Assembly: GCA_036381475.1 (NCBI GenBank)
Contig: DASVCT010000262.1
Location: forward strand, 1,298 to 65,297
Reading direction: 5' to 3'
Origin: Cyclobacteriaceae bacterium
GTDB lineage: Bacteria > Bacteroidota > Bacteroidia > Cytophagales > Cyclobacteriaceae
Length of the DNA: 64,000 nt
How positions within the stretch are numbered: position 1 is the first letter of the stretch; each line of letters opens with the position of its first letter. Positions 8,780 through 17,526 of this stretch are shown piece after piece. A program made the translations under genes and the position numbers. A model generated the notes under the pieces. That model was not told the DNA's origin. It saw nothing but the letters and a program-made list of their open reading frames with translations, and did no database searches.

Positions 8780-10084
8780 CTATTTCTTATCCGGGGGTAA
8801 TTCGAATTTCAACTTCACCCTCCCTTTTCCTCTCACCGGTTCGTCATTGCGTTTTGTGGGCTTCCACTTCGGACCTTCGCGGATCAGGCGGATGACCTCC
8901 TCGTCGCACCCGTACCCGAGCCCGCGGATGACCCGAAAGTCGGTGAGGTTACCTGTTGGTTCAATGGTAAACTGTACGGTGACTTTCCCCTCGATCTTGT
9001 TCTCCAGGGCTATCCGGGGGTATCGCAAATTCGTCTCGAGGTAGCGCCGGAACGCCCTTTTTCCTCCTTCGGGTTCAGCCGGCTCCCATTTTATTTCTTC
9101 AAACCCGCGTTCGCCTTCATCTCCGTAGCCCACGACAACCACTTCGCTTAGCGCAGAAATGTCTGGCGCCATCTTCACGTCTACTGTGGTTGAGTCGCCG
9201 GGCTGTTGTGGCACGGCGGCTTCAACCGTGTTGAGACCGACGAATGAAAAAGCGAGTTTCTTTGCAGTTGCCGGGACGTGGATCTCATAGTATCCATTAA
9301 TATCGGTGACCGTTCCCGTTGCTGCACCTTCTGCCGTAACGTTTACCCCGGGAAGCGGCATGCCATCTTCGGCATCTGTAACCTGTCCTATAACGGTACG
9401 ACTAGTAGCCTCTGCACCAAATGTGCGGAGGGAGGGAGCGGCGCCACGCTCCCGTTGGACCTCGACTGCGGCAGGTTCCGTCTTTAGCTTTTTTGGTACT
9501 GTTGACTGTGCGAGGGTTTCGCCCTCCGCCTGGGACGCAACTTCGGCGTCTGGTATGTCGGCGGGAGCAGTTGCTTCTTCAACCTTCTCATATGTTTCAC
9601 TTTCTGCCTGGACATCCTGAGGGGCGCGTCGTTGTTCGCGCGCAGCCAGTGGGGCAGCCGGACTGGAGTCGAGGCCCTTCGCAGCGTCTTCGCCAGGGGG
9701 TTCCTGTGACGCTGCAGTGTCTGCACCAGCGGATGGTGGTTGCTGGACCTCTGATTGGGCAGGGGTGTTTAACGCGATGGAGGTGGTAGCCTCATCGCTG
9801 TTTGACAGGTAAAAAATCATCACCGCCGATATGCCCACCAGAAATACGGCGGCGGCCGCCTTGTAGTACCAACGCACCGCACCGGGGCTTCTGGTTTTTC
9901 GGGAGATCCTTTCCGTGAGCGCGTCGATATCGGAAGAAAATTCAGCGGGCGAAATGTCAGACGCTCCTTCCAGAGCGTCGGCGAGGAAGGGATCCCGCAG
10001 CGCCTTTCTTTCCAGGGCATGCATTTCCGAAGGCGTCATGTCGCCCCGCAGATATCGTTCGATATCGTCCCGGTAATTACTCAT
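8780..10084 (-). CDS. membrane anti-sigma-like protein fused to CarboxypepD_reg and TonB C-terminal domains
   Basis: N-terminus 'IERYLRGDMTPSEMHALERKALRDPFLADALEG' is anti-sigma-like. One TM helix ('AAAAVFLVGISAVMIFYL'), then an acidic Ala/Pro/Glu linker, then CarboxypepD_reg ('IGQVTDAEDGMPLPGVNVT..TDINGYYEI', 'VVVVGYG'), then TonB_C ('IEGKVTVQFTIEPTGNLTDFRVIRGLGYGCDEEV'). Overlaps the upstream ECF sigma gene by 8 nt. Confidence 0.75.
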   Translation of the reverse strand: MSNYRDDIERYLRGDMTPSEMHALERKALRDPFLADALEGASDISPAEFSSDIDALTERISRKTRSPGAVRWYYKAAAAVFLVGISAVMIFYLSNSDEATTSIALNTPAQSEVQQPPSAGADTAASQEPPGEDAAKGLDSSPAAPLAAREQRRAPQDVQAESETYEKVEEATAPADIPDAEVASQAEGETLAQSTVPKKLKTEPAAVEVQRERGAAPSLRTFGAEATSRTVIGQVTDAEDGMPLPGVNVTAEGAATGTVTDINGYYEIHVPATAKKLAFSFVGLNTVEAAVPQQPGDSTTVDVKMAPDISALSEVVVVGYGDEGERGFEEIKWEPAEPEGGKRAFRRYLETNLRYPRIALENKIEGKVTVQFTIEPTGNLTDFRVIRGLGYGCDEEVIRLIREGPKWKPTKRNDEPVRGKGRVKLKFELPPDKK

Positions 10085-10640
10085 TTCGCTCGAGGCAGTT
10101 TTTCAGATTGCGCTTGCCGTTTTGAATGTGACTTTTCACCTGGTTGAAATCAAATCCCGTGGCCTCACTGATCTGGCGATAGGATTTTTGCTGAAGGAAA
10201 AACAGTCGGACACATTGCTGTTGTTCCCGGTTCAGGTGTTCCAGGCACCTTTCCAATTTAACAAGATTCTCCTCCAGTTCCTGTCCATCCTCTGGATGCG
10301 CAGGGTTGGCCGATTCCATAACCAGGGTGTCGGTTATCTCGACGTTCTGACCTTTTTTTGCCCTGAGTTGCATCAGGCAGTGGTTCCGCGTGGTCGTGTA
10401 AAGCCAGCTTTTGAACCACGTCACCTCGTGTGTACGAAGGGTCTGTGCCAGTTTCTCGAACACCTGCATTGCGGCGTCTTTGCTTTCTTCCCGGTCTCTC
10501 AGGTATTTAAGACACACGCCGTAGACCATGGCCATGTACCTGCCGAACAGGACGCCCAGCACTTCCATATTCCCAGACTCCCGGTACTTCCGGACCAGCT
10601 CGATATCCGGCGTTTCGTCATGTGATCGGGAGGCAAGCAT
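10077..10640 (-). CDS. ECF-type RNA polymerase sigma-70 factor
   Basis: 187 aa; region 2 ('FKSWLYTTTRNHCLMQLR') and region 4 HTH ('QKSYRQISEATGFDFNQVKSHIQNGKRNLK'). Confidence 0.85.
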   Translation of the reverse strand: MLASRSHDETPDIELVRKYRESGNMEVLGVLFGRYMAMVYGVCLKYLRDREESKDAAMQVFEKLAQTLRTHEVTWFKSWLYTTTRNHCLMQLRAKKGQNVEITDTLVMESANPAHPEDGQELEENLVKLERCLEHLNREQQQCVRLFFLQQKSYRQISEATGFDFNQVKSHIQNGKRNLKNCLERNE

Positions 10641-10764
10641 TCCCGAAAATTAAGAAAATACAGCCATAGGCGCGGTATTGCGGCCCTTCGGAAGGACACC
10701 CCATCAATTTTTTGTGGAAACGTTCAGCATGCTGCATCACAGGGATAACCAAATCTTCAAAAGT

Positions 10765-12603
10765 ATGAAATCAAGGATGGTCATGATGATGATGCTGGCA
10801 TTGGTGCTGGCGTCATTTTATCCGGCTCCGGAGCGAACGATAACTGGGGTCATCACGGACGTGTCGACCGGAAGTCCGCTTCCGGGTGTAGCCGTAACAC
10901 TTAAAGGGACCTTGGTGGGCGTCACCAGCGATAGTGTCGGTGCGTACCGGATCGCTGTTCCCAATGAAGGCGGCAAGCTGGTCTTCCGTTATGTCGGATA
11001 TGCAACGCGCGAGGTCACAATTGGAACGAAAGACCGGATTGACGTGGCGATGATAGCCGAGATAGCACAGCTGCAGGAATTGGCTCCAGCGCTGCAGGGC
11101 AGGGTGGCCGGCATTATGATCCGAGGCACCAACAGCCAGAGCCGGTTCGCCCGGGGCTACGACATGGAACGACGCCAATCGTGGAATACAGAGGAGTATG
11201 ATGGAATAACAGAAAACATTTTTCACAGTGCCCTTCGCAAGCCTTTGTCTACGTTTTCGATTGATGTCGATGCCGCGTCCTATAGTAACATTCGCCGGTT
11301 CATCAACAATGGACAGCGTCCTCCCAGGGATGCCGTGCGCATCGAAGAGATGATCAATTATTTTAACTATGATTACCCTGAGCCTTCCGGAGAACATCCG
11401 TTCACAATCATCACGGAGATTTCCAGAGCACCATGGAACGAAGCGCATAAGCTCGTGCACATCGGACTTCAGGGCAAGCATATTCCGACAGAAAATCTTC
11501 CGCCGTCGAACCTCGTTTTCCTGCTCGACGTATCCGGTTCGATGGACGAGCCGAACAAGCTTCCCTTGTTGAAGGCGTCGTTTCGATTACTGACCGAGCA
11601 GCTGCGGGAGCAGGATCGCGTTGCGATCGTTGTGTACGCGGGCGCTGCAGGGATGGTGCTCGATTCCACGCCGGGCAGTGAAAAGCGTGCTATTCTCGAC
11701 GCGCTGGAACGCCTGGAAGCGGGCGGTTCAACGGCAGGAGGAGCAGGCCTTCGACTGGCTTACCAGATTGCAAAAGAAAATTTCAAAGAAGGTGGCAACA
11801 ACCGTATCATACTGGCCACCGACGGCGACTTCAATGTCGGCGAGTCGAGCAATGCAGCTATGGAGCGCCTCGTCGAATCAAAACGCCACGAGGGCATTTA
11901 TCTTTCAGTGCTGGGATTTGGAATGGGCAATTACAAAGACTCGAAGATGGAGACCCTTGCCGACAAGGGCAACGGCAACTATGCCTACATCGACAACATA
12001 CAGGAAGCTCGGAAGGTGTTAGTCAGCGAGTTCGGCGGAACGTTGTTTACCATTGCCAGGGACGTAAAGCTACAGGTGGAATTCAATCCCGCGAAAGTCA
12101 AAGCCTATCGCCTGATCGGATATGAAAACAGGTTGCTGCGGGATGAGGACTTCAACGACGACAAGAAGGATGCGGGCGACCTGGGATCGGGTCATACAGT
12201 GACCGCGTTGTACGAGATCATACCCGTAGGGTCGGACAGCAAGTTTTCACCGGTCGATGATCTGAAATACCAGAAGTCGGTGGTTAACCCGGAGGCAGCG
12301 CATTCACATGAATTGATGACGATCAAATTCCGTTATAAGGATCCCTCCGGCGGGCCGAGCAGGCTCATCGTGCACGCGCTCAGGGATGACGACGTTCCCC
12401 TGGGGAGGACGTCAGACAATTTCCGCTGGTCGGCAGCCGTAGCCTCATTCGGGATGCTGCTGCGCGAGTCGGAATTTATCGGTGACTTCGCTTACGACGA
12501 TGTTCTGGCACTTGCAGAAGGTGCCCAGGGCGCGGACGAAAAGCGATACCGCGCGGGATTCATCGATATGGTACGTTCGTTCGGCCTCATGGCGAAAAGA
12601 TAG
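10765..12603 (+). CDS. secreted von Willebrand factor A (vWA) protein with N-terminal CarboxypepD_reg domain (YfbK/DUF3520-like)
   Basis: The ATG at 10765 gives a signal peptide 'MKSRMVMMMMLALVLASF'; the ORF-track start at 10678 is probably an extension. 'ITGVITDVSTGSPLPGVAVTLKG' is CarboxypepD_reg. vWA MIDAS motif 'FLLDVSGSM', 'ILATDGDFNVG'. Confidence 0.8.
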   Translation: MKSRMVMMMMLALVLASFYPAPERTITGVITDVSTGSPLPGVAVTLKGTLVGVTSDSVGAYRIAVPNEGGKLVFRYVGYATREVTIGTKDRIDVAMIAEIAQLQELAPALQGRVAGIMIRGTNSQSRFARGYDMERRQSWNTEEYDGITENIFHSALRKPLSTFSIDVDAASYSNIRRFINNGQRPPRDAVRIEEMINYFNYDYPEPSGEHPFTIITEISRAPWNEAHKLVHIGLQGKHIPTENLPPSNLVFLLDVSGSMDEPNKLPLLKASFRLLTEQLREQDRVAIVVYAGAAGMVLDSTPGSEKRAILDALERLEAGGSTAGGAGLRLAYQIAKENFKEGGNNRIILATDGDFNVGESSNAAMERLVESKRHEGIYLSVLGFGMGNYKDSKMETLADKGNGNYAYIDNIQEARKVLVSEFGGTLFTIARDVKLQVEFNPAKVKAYRLIGYENRLLRDEDFNDDKKDAGDLGSGHTVTALYEIIPVGSDSKFSPVDDLKYQKSVVNPEAAHSHELMTIKFRYKDPSGGPSRLIVHALRDDDVPLGRTSDNFRWSAAVASFGMLLRESEFIGDFAYDDVLALAEGAQGADEKRYRAGFIDMVRSFGLMAKR

Positions 12604-12609
12604 CTTGAA

Positions 12610-12713
12610 AAGGGGGTGGAATAAATTCCGCCCCCTTCGTTACTGGCCGGGGAGGCGCCTTTTTTGGGCGGATTACCAAATGTTCCGGCGGGGGCCGGCA
12701 TCCGCTTTTTTTT
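12610..12713 (+). terminator. terminator region after the vWA gene
   Basis: A 13-bp hairpin aagggggtggaat/attccgccccctt at 12610-12637 has no U tract. A second GC hairpin (12685-12705) is followed by T8 (12706-12713). Confidence 0.45.
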
Positions 12714-12715
12714 AA

Positions 12716-12723
12716 CTATTTTT
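12716..12723 (+). promoter_or_regulatory. candidate -7 promoter box (TATTTTTG) for the ECF sigma gene
   Basis: Matches TAnnTTTG and ends 7 nt before the ATG at 12731. Confidence 0.4.
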
Positions 12724-12730
12724 GCCACTT

Positions 12731-13315
12731 ATGGAAGAGACGGCGAAGCAGCAGTACACCGAGAGCGAGAGAGCCCGCATTTTCGAGAATGAGTTCATGC
12801 CGCACATTAATTCAATGTACAACTTTGCCTATCGGCTTACTCTGGATGAAGATGATGCGAAGGACCTGCTTCAGGATACCTACTTGAAAGCGTATCGGTT
12901 TATTGATTCATTTCAGCAAGGAACTAATGCCAAAGCCTGGCTGTTCCGAATTCTGAAAAACAGCTTCATCAACGACTATCGGAAGCGCAGTAAGGAACCC
13001 TCCAAGGTGGACTACCAGGAGGTTGAAAGTTATTACAATTCCGAAGACGTTGATCGTCAGATCACTCCCGATTTGCGTGTTGAAACATTGCAGGACATGA
13101 TCGGGGATGAGATTTCGAACGCCCTGAATTCGCTTGATGTTGATTTCAGAACCGTAATTATTTTGTGCGACCTGGAAGGATTCAAGTATGATGAAATGGC
13201 AAAGATCCTCGACATTCCTATTGGCACGGTTCGCAGCCGGCTGCATCGCGCACGGAACCTGCTTAAGGAAAAACTTAGTGAGTACGCAAAGAAAATGGGT
13301 TATAAAAACGCCTGA
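12731..13315 (+). CDS. ECF-type RNA polymerase sigma-70 factor
   Basis: Region 2 'AKAWLFRILKNSFINDYRK'; region 4 'FKYDEMAKILDIPIGTVRSRLHRARNLLK'. ATG at 12731; the ORF track starts at a TTG at 12722. Confidence 0.85.
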   Translation: MEETAKQQYTESERARIFENEFMPHINSMYNFAYRLTLDEDDAKDLLQDTYLKAYRFIDSFQQGTNAKAWLFRILKNSFINDYRKRSKEPSKVDYQEVESYYNSEDVDRQITPDLRVETLQDMIGDEISNALNSLDVDFRTVIILCDLEGFKYDEMAKILDIPIGTVRSRLHRARNLLKEKLSEYAKKMGYKNA

Positions 13316-13321
13316 CCACCT

Positions 13322-13585
13322 ATGAGCCAGCCAGAACAAAGCGAACTGATGCGCGCTGCAAAAGGCAACTGTTTAGAAATGCTTCGCCTCATCCTTGACG
13401 GCGAAGCTTCGGAAGAAGAGAAGAAAGATTTCATCGACAAACACCTCGAAACCTGCATGCCGTGCTACAAGACGTATCACGTCGAAATGGCAATTCGGGA
13501 GTTGTTGAAATCGAAGTGTGGCAATCACGAAGCACCTGCTGAACTAGTCGAGAACATCAAACGGATGATCGGCACGATCCGCTGA
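13322..13585 (+). CDS. small cytoplasmic zinc-binding anti-sigma factor (ZAS, RsrA-like)
   Basis: 87 aa with no TM segment. 'HLETCMPC' is an H-x3-C-x2-C ZAS motif, with an upstream Cys in 'KGNCLEM'. Starts 6 nt after the sigma gene. Confidence 0.7.
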   Translation: MSQPEQSELMRAAKGNCLEMLRLILDGEASEEEKKDFIDKHLETCMPCYKTYHVEMAIRELLKSKCGNHEAPAELVENIKRMIGTIR

Positions 13586-14172
13586 TGGCAGGAAAAGCGA
13601 TTATTTTTTCGGCTCCTTCCGGTTCCGGCAAGACGACTATAGTTAAACATTTGCTGGCGAATAATCCGGATCTCGGATTTTCTATATCAGCGTCTACCCG
13701 CGACAAGAGGGGAAGAACCGAAGTCGACGGAAAAGATTATTACTTCCTTACCCCCGAGCAGTTCAAGCAAAAGATCGACAACGATGAGTTCGTCGAATGG
13801 GAAGAAGTATACTCCGGCAACTTCTACGGAACGCTGAAATCCGAAATCGAACGAATCTGGAAAGAAGGCAAAAACGTCGTTTTCGACGTCGACGTAAAAG
13901 GTGGCCTTAATCTCAAACGCTACTTTGGCGATCGTGCGCTGGCCGTGTTCGTCAGTGTCCCGTCCCTCGACGTATTGAAGTCAAGGCTTAACGAGCGCGG
14001 AACCGAGACCGAGGAAAGCCTCTCGCGACGCATGTTCAAGGCAAAGTTTGAAACTACCTTCAAAGACCAGTTCGACGTCGTTCTCCTCAACGAAGACCTT
14101 GAGACGTCGCTTGCGGAGGCGCAGCGGCTGTACGACGAATTCAAAAAGAAGGAAATACCGCTTGCCCGATAG
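13585..14172 (+). CDS. gmk: guanylate kinase
   Basis: P-loop 'SAPSGSGKTT'; 'STRDKRGRTEVDGKDYYF'. Its start shares a TGATG junction with the anti-sigma stop codon. Confidence 0.9.
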   Translation: MAGKAIIFSAPSGSGKTTIVKHLLANNPDLGFSISASTRDKRGRTEVDGKDYYFLTPEQFKQKIDNDEFVEWEEVYSGNFYGTLKSEIERIWKEGKNVVFDVDVKGGLNLKRYFGDRALAVFVSVPSLDVLKSRLNERGTETEESLSRRMFKAKFETTFKDQFDVVLLNEDLETSLAEAQRLYDEFKKKEIPLAR

Positions 14173-14189
14173 CTCCCGCTGCGACCGCC

Positions 14190-14774
14190 ATGGATCAAAC
14201 TTCACGGATCGGCCTGTTCTTCGGATCTTTCAACCCGATCCACATCGGGCACCTCATCATCGCCAACATCATGGCGGAGACCACGGACCTCGACAAGGTA
14301 TGGTTCGTCGTTTCGCCGCAGAATCCTTTCAAGCCGGCAAAAGGACTGCTCCACGAGTTCGACCGCTATGACATGGTTAAAGCAGCTGTGGCCGACAACT
14401 ACAAGCTCGACGTCACAGACATAGAATTTCATCTTCCCAAGCCCAGCTATACCATCCACACACTACTCCACCTTTCACAACGCCATCCTTCGCGACAATT
14501 CAAAGTCATCATGGGAAGCGATAATCTGGAAAGCTTTACACGATGGAAAAGTCATGAGAGAATTCTGGAGGATTATGGACTCTACGTCTATCCCAGGCCG
14601 GGGATGCAACTTTCCGAGCTCAGTTCGCATCCTAACGTTAGAACTATAAACGCGCCGTTGCTCGACATATCTGCGACTTTCATCCGGGAGTGTGTTCGAA
14701 AAGGGCAATCGGTACGCTACCTGGTGCCTGACCCGGTTGAAGTGATGATCCGCGCCAAACAGTTCTACCGTTAG
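14190..14774 (+). CDS. nadD: nicotinate-nucleotide adenylyltransferase
   Basis: 'GSFNPIHIGH' (GxFxPxHxGH) and 'ISATFIRE' motifs. Confidence 0.9.
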   Translation: MDQTSRIGLFFGSFNPIHIGHLIIANIMAETTDLDKVWFVVSPQNPFKPAKGLLHEFDRYDMVKAAVADNYKLDVTDIEFHLPKPSYTIHTLLHLSQRHPSRQFKVIMGSDNLESFTRWKSHERILEDYGLYVYPRPGMQLSELSSHPNVRTINAPLLDISATFIRECVRKGQSVRYLVPDPVEVMIRAKQFYR

Positions 14775-14979
14775 CCTGTTGCTCCGGTTTTCGGCAACAC
14801 TGACGAAGTTACTGGAAGAATTATACTGAGGTGGGATACACGATCGACGGCCTGCTACGCTTTTTCCGACTGGAGTTTGCAGCAGCATTCCCGGAGGGTC
14901 GTTACCTGGGGCATGGATTCAGGATTGACGCGACTACAACACTGCAGATAGGAATCAATGATGTTGAGCCTCGCGCAAG

Positions 14980-15663
14980 CTAACGGCAAACCGGGAGGTC
15001 GGAATGAACCTCCAGCCCGAAAGGGTGCCCTGCATGAATGTGAACAAAGTTTCTAGCAACGAGAAGCAAACCGGCGATGATGAGCATCGCTGCGTTAACG
15101 TTCGCCAGGTTCACGTTGAGCTTCTTTAACAAAGGGTTCGCTACCAGGGGCACTCCAATCATCGCAGGCAACGTGCCCATTCCGAATGCGAGCATGTAAC
15201 TGAAGCCACTAACGAGGTCAGGCGCTGTGATCGTGTAGCCCAGGGCAATGTAGGTAAGTCCGCATGGTAAGAACCCATTCAGTGTTCCCAGGACAAAAGT
15301 CGAGATGCGAGTTTTCTTTTTCAGCGTCACGCTGAAAAGTTGTTTTAAGTGGCCGGTGAAGCGACCAATCACTGGCGCCATGAGAGGAATCTTCAAGGTG
15401 GTCCCGAAAACGCCCAGAATTACCAGGATTGTTCCGGTAATCACAGAAAAAGCCTTTTGCAGAGGAGTCAGGTCAAAGAGTCCGCCGATCGCCCCGGCGA
15501 CGGCGCCCATCACAGCGTAGGTAAAGATGCGGCCCGCGTTGTAGACCAGCCGCGTGGTCATGGCGCGTTTGGACATGCGCGTTACGGCCATGACAAGAGG
15601 GCTGCACATCCCTGCGCAATGGAGGCTGCCGGCAAGTCCTACGACGAAGGCGGTCCACATCAT
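14980..15663 (-). CDS. TauE/SafE-type integral membrane protein at the end of the cbb3 cluster
   Basis: Polytopic hydrophobic protein. The ATG at 15663 follows the fixH stop (15666-15668) by 2 nt. First helix carries 'LHCAGMCSPL'. Confidence 0.7.
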   Translation of the reverse strand: MMWTAFVVGLAGSLHCAGMCSPLVMAVTRMSKRAMTTRLVYNAGRIFTYAVMGAVAGAIGGLFDLTPLQKAFSVITGTILVILGVFGTTLKIPLMAPVIGRFTGHLKQLFSVTLKKKTRISTFVLGTLNGFLPCGLTYIALGYTITAPDLVSGFSYMLAFGMGTLPAMIGVPLVANPLLKKLNVNLANVNAAMLIIAGLLLVARNFVHIHAGHPFGLEVHSDLPVCR

Positions 15664-15665
15664 GG

Positions 15666-16094
15666 CTACAACACGATAATTTTTTCGATGTAATATTCCC
15701 GACCGTGCATCACCCATTGCATTTGCGCCTTGTACAAGCCTTTTGCGGGATGTTCCAGGCTGAAACGCTGCACGGGGCCGGAACCAGGAGTAAGCTGGAA
15801 TTCCTGGTCCAGCGCCGCGTCCGACGGACGGAACAGCGTGACTGTTCCCGAACTCACGGAGGCCATCTCCGGATAGTGAACCTCCAGCTCGTTTTGCCGG
15901 ATCAGGATCTCAGGTTTTGTCGCCAGTTCAAGTGCGTTTTGCTTGCGATCGAGTTGTTCCTGGTAGGCCAGTTCTTCTTTGTAGTAATCGCGCGTAACCA
16001 GGCTTATGTTCTGACGGACGCATACCGTAACCATCCCGGCAACGAAAGCGCCAAAAAGAACGAATGACAGAATGATTGCTTTTCCCCAACTCAT
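15666..16094 (-). CDS. FixH family protein (cbb3 oxidase maturation)
   Basis: 142 aa; N-terminal TM 'AIILSFVLFGAFVAGMV'; sits directly after ccoG. Confidence 0.75.
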   Translation of the reverse strand: MSWGKAIILSFVLFGAFVAGMVTVCVRQNISLVTRDYYKEELAYQEQLDRKQNALELATKPEILIRQNELEVHYPEMASVSSGTVTLFRPSDAALDQEFQLTPGSGPVQRFSLEHPAKGLYKAQMQWVMHGREYYIEKIIVL

Positions 16095-16095
16095 A

Positions 16096-17526
16096 CTATG
16101 ATCCGGATTTGATAGGTCCTATGAAGGTTGTCTTTAGCGACTCGACTTTTTGACCGTCGGCGTATACGTCGATATGTACGTCGTTCCTGGTCTTCCTGAG
16201 TTCCGACTCCGGAATCCGTATCATCACTACGCTCTTGAGAATTCCTTCGGCAGGCACAACCAATGTTTTCTCACCGGTTTGCTGCAGCACTGCTGAAGAT
16301 GGCGAGACTACGCGAAGTTCAAGGGTTTTGTCCTCGAACGTCTTGTTCACAAATTCGATATTGTAAAGATTGGTGATCCCCAGTTCTGTTCGTTGATATA
16401 GCGTGCCGGGAACCTTGAGCATCGTCGTCTCGATGACCGATCGCGTAAACACCAGGTATCCGGTCACACCTAACAGCGCTATCAGCACGCACGCATAAGC
16501 GATGACGCGCAGGGATATGATTTTCTTTACGCCCTTTTCGATGGCGTCGTACGACGCAAAGCGAATGAGTCCCTTCGGGCGGTTGATCTTGACCATCACG
16601 TCATCGCAGGCGTCGATACAGGCCGTGCAGTTTACGCATTCGAGTTGCGTGCCGTTGCGAATGTCGATTCCCGTTGGGCATACGTGAACACACAATTTAC
16701 AGTCTATACAATCGCCGCCGGTTTTTGTTTCATTCTTGCGCAGCTTGGTCCTGGGTTCGCCGCGAACCCAGTCGTAGGCGACTACGATCGACTGCCTGGA
16801 CAACAGAACGCCCTGTAACCTCCCGTACGGGCACACCGCAATGCAGGCTTGTTCGCGAAAGCGCGCAAACACACCATAGAAGATTGCGGTAAAGGCCACA
16901 ATTCCTGTAAACCCGGCGAGGTGATCCAGCGGGGAGGTCCGGATGATAGCCAGAGTCTCCTCCGAACCAATGATGTAAGCCATCGCCGTGTGAGCAATGA
17001 CGATGGAGATCAGGATGAACAGAGCATGCTTTACCGCTTTGCGGGCGATCTTCGTCGCGTTCCAGGGCATCTTGTCCAGCCGCCGTTGTGCCTGGGCGTC
17101 ACCTTCGATCCAGTATTCGATTTTTCTGAATACCATTTCCATAAAAAGTGTTTGGGGACATGCCCAACCACACCAGACTCGTCCGAATACAACCGTGAAC
17201 AGGATAATGAACACACAAAAGGCAATCAGGGTAAGTGCGAGAAGAAAAAAATCCTGGGGCCAGAACGATTGCCCAAGAATGACGAATCGCCGTTCCAGGA
17301 CGTTCAGGAGCAACAGGGGTTGTCCCCCAATCCGAATGAAAGGGCCGGCAAAGAAAATGGCCAGGAGCAGGACCGCCACAATTGCCCTGAGGTTGTGATA
17401 GTAACCCGAGGGTTTCTTGGGATAAATCCATACCCGCTTGCCCTCTTCGTCAACCGTGGCTATCGAATCCCTGAACTCGTCGTCATATCGGTAGAAGTCT
17501 TCCGCTCCTTTTTCCATCGTCCTCAA
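16096..17526 (-). CDS. ccoG: cytochrome c oxidase accessory protein CcoG (membrane 4Fe-4S ferredoxin)
   Basis: 'CIDCKLCVHVCPTGIDIR' and 'CVNCTACIDACD' ferredoxin motifs, several TM helices. Confidence 0.9.
   Translation of the reverse strand: MRTMEKGAEDFYRYDDEFRDSIATVDEEGKRVWIYPKKPSGYYHNLRAIVAVLLLAIFFAGPFIRIGGQPLLLLNVLERRFVILGQSFWPQDFFLLALTLIAFCVFIILFTVVFGRVWCGWACPQTLFMEMVFRKIEYWIEGDAQAQRRLDKMPWNATKIARKAVKHALFILISIVIAHTAMAYIIGSEETLAIIRTSPLDHLAGFTGIVAFTAIFYGVFARFREQACIAVCPYGRLQGVLLSRQSIVVAYDWVRGEPRTKLRKNETKTGGDCIDCKLCVHVCPTGIDIRNGTQLECVNCTACIDACDDVMVKINRPKGLIRFASYDAIEKGVKKIISLRVIAYACVLIALLGVTGYLVFTRSVIETTMLKVPGTLYQRTELGITNLYNIEFVNKTFEDKTLELRVVSPSSAVLQQTGEKTLVVPAEGILKSVVMIRIPESELRKTRNDVHIDVYADGQKVESLKTTFIGPIKSGS

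Noticed and set aside
10122-11481. Long antisense ORFs 10122..10625 (+) and 10813..11481 (-). The same applies elsewhere to 634..1194, 16849..17529, 19033..19578, 24986..25744, 31335..32217, 37146..37649, 38851..39459, 46651..47436, 48877..49488, 52102..52902, 54423..55001 and 56457..57119.
   Set aside because: Each lies fully inside, and opposite to, a gene with clear family motifs. None has a recognisable motif of its own.
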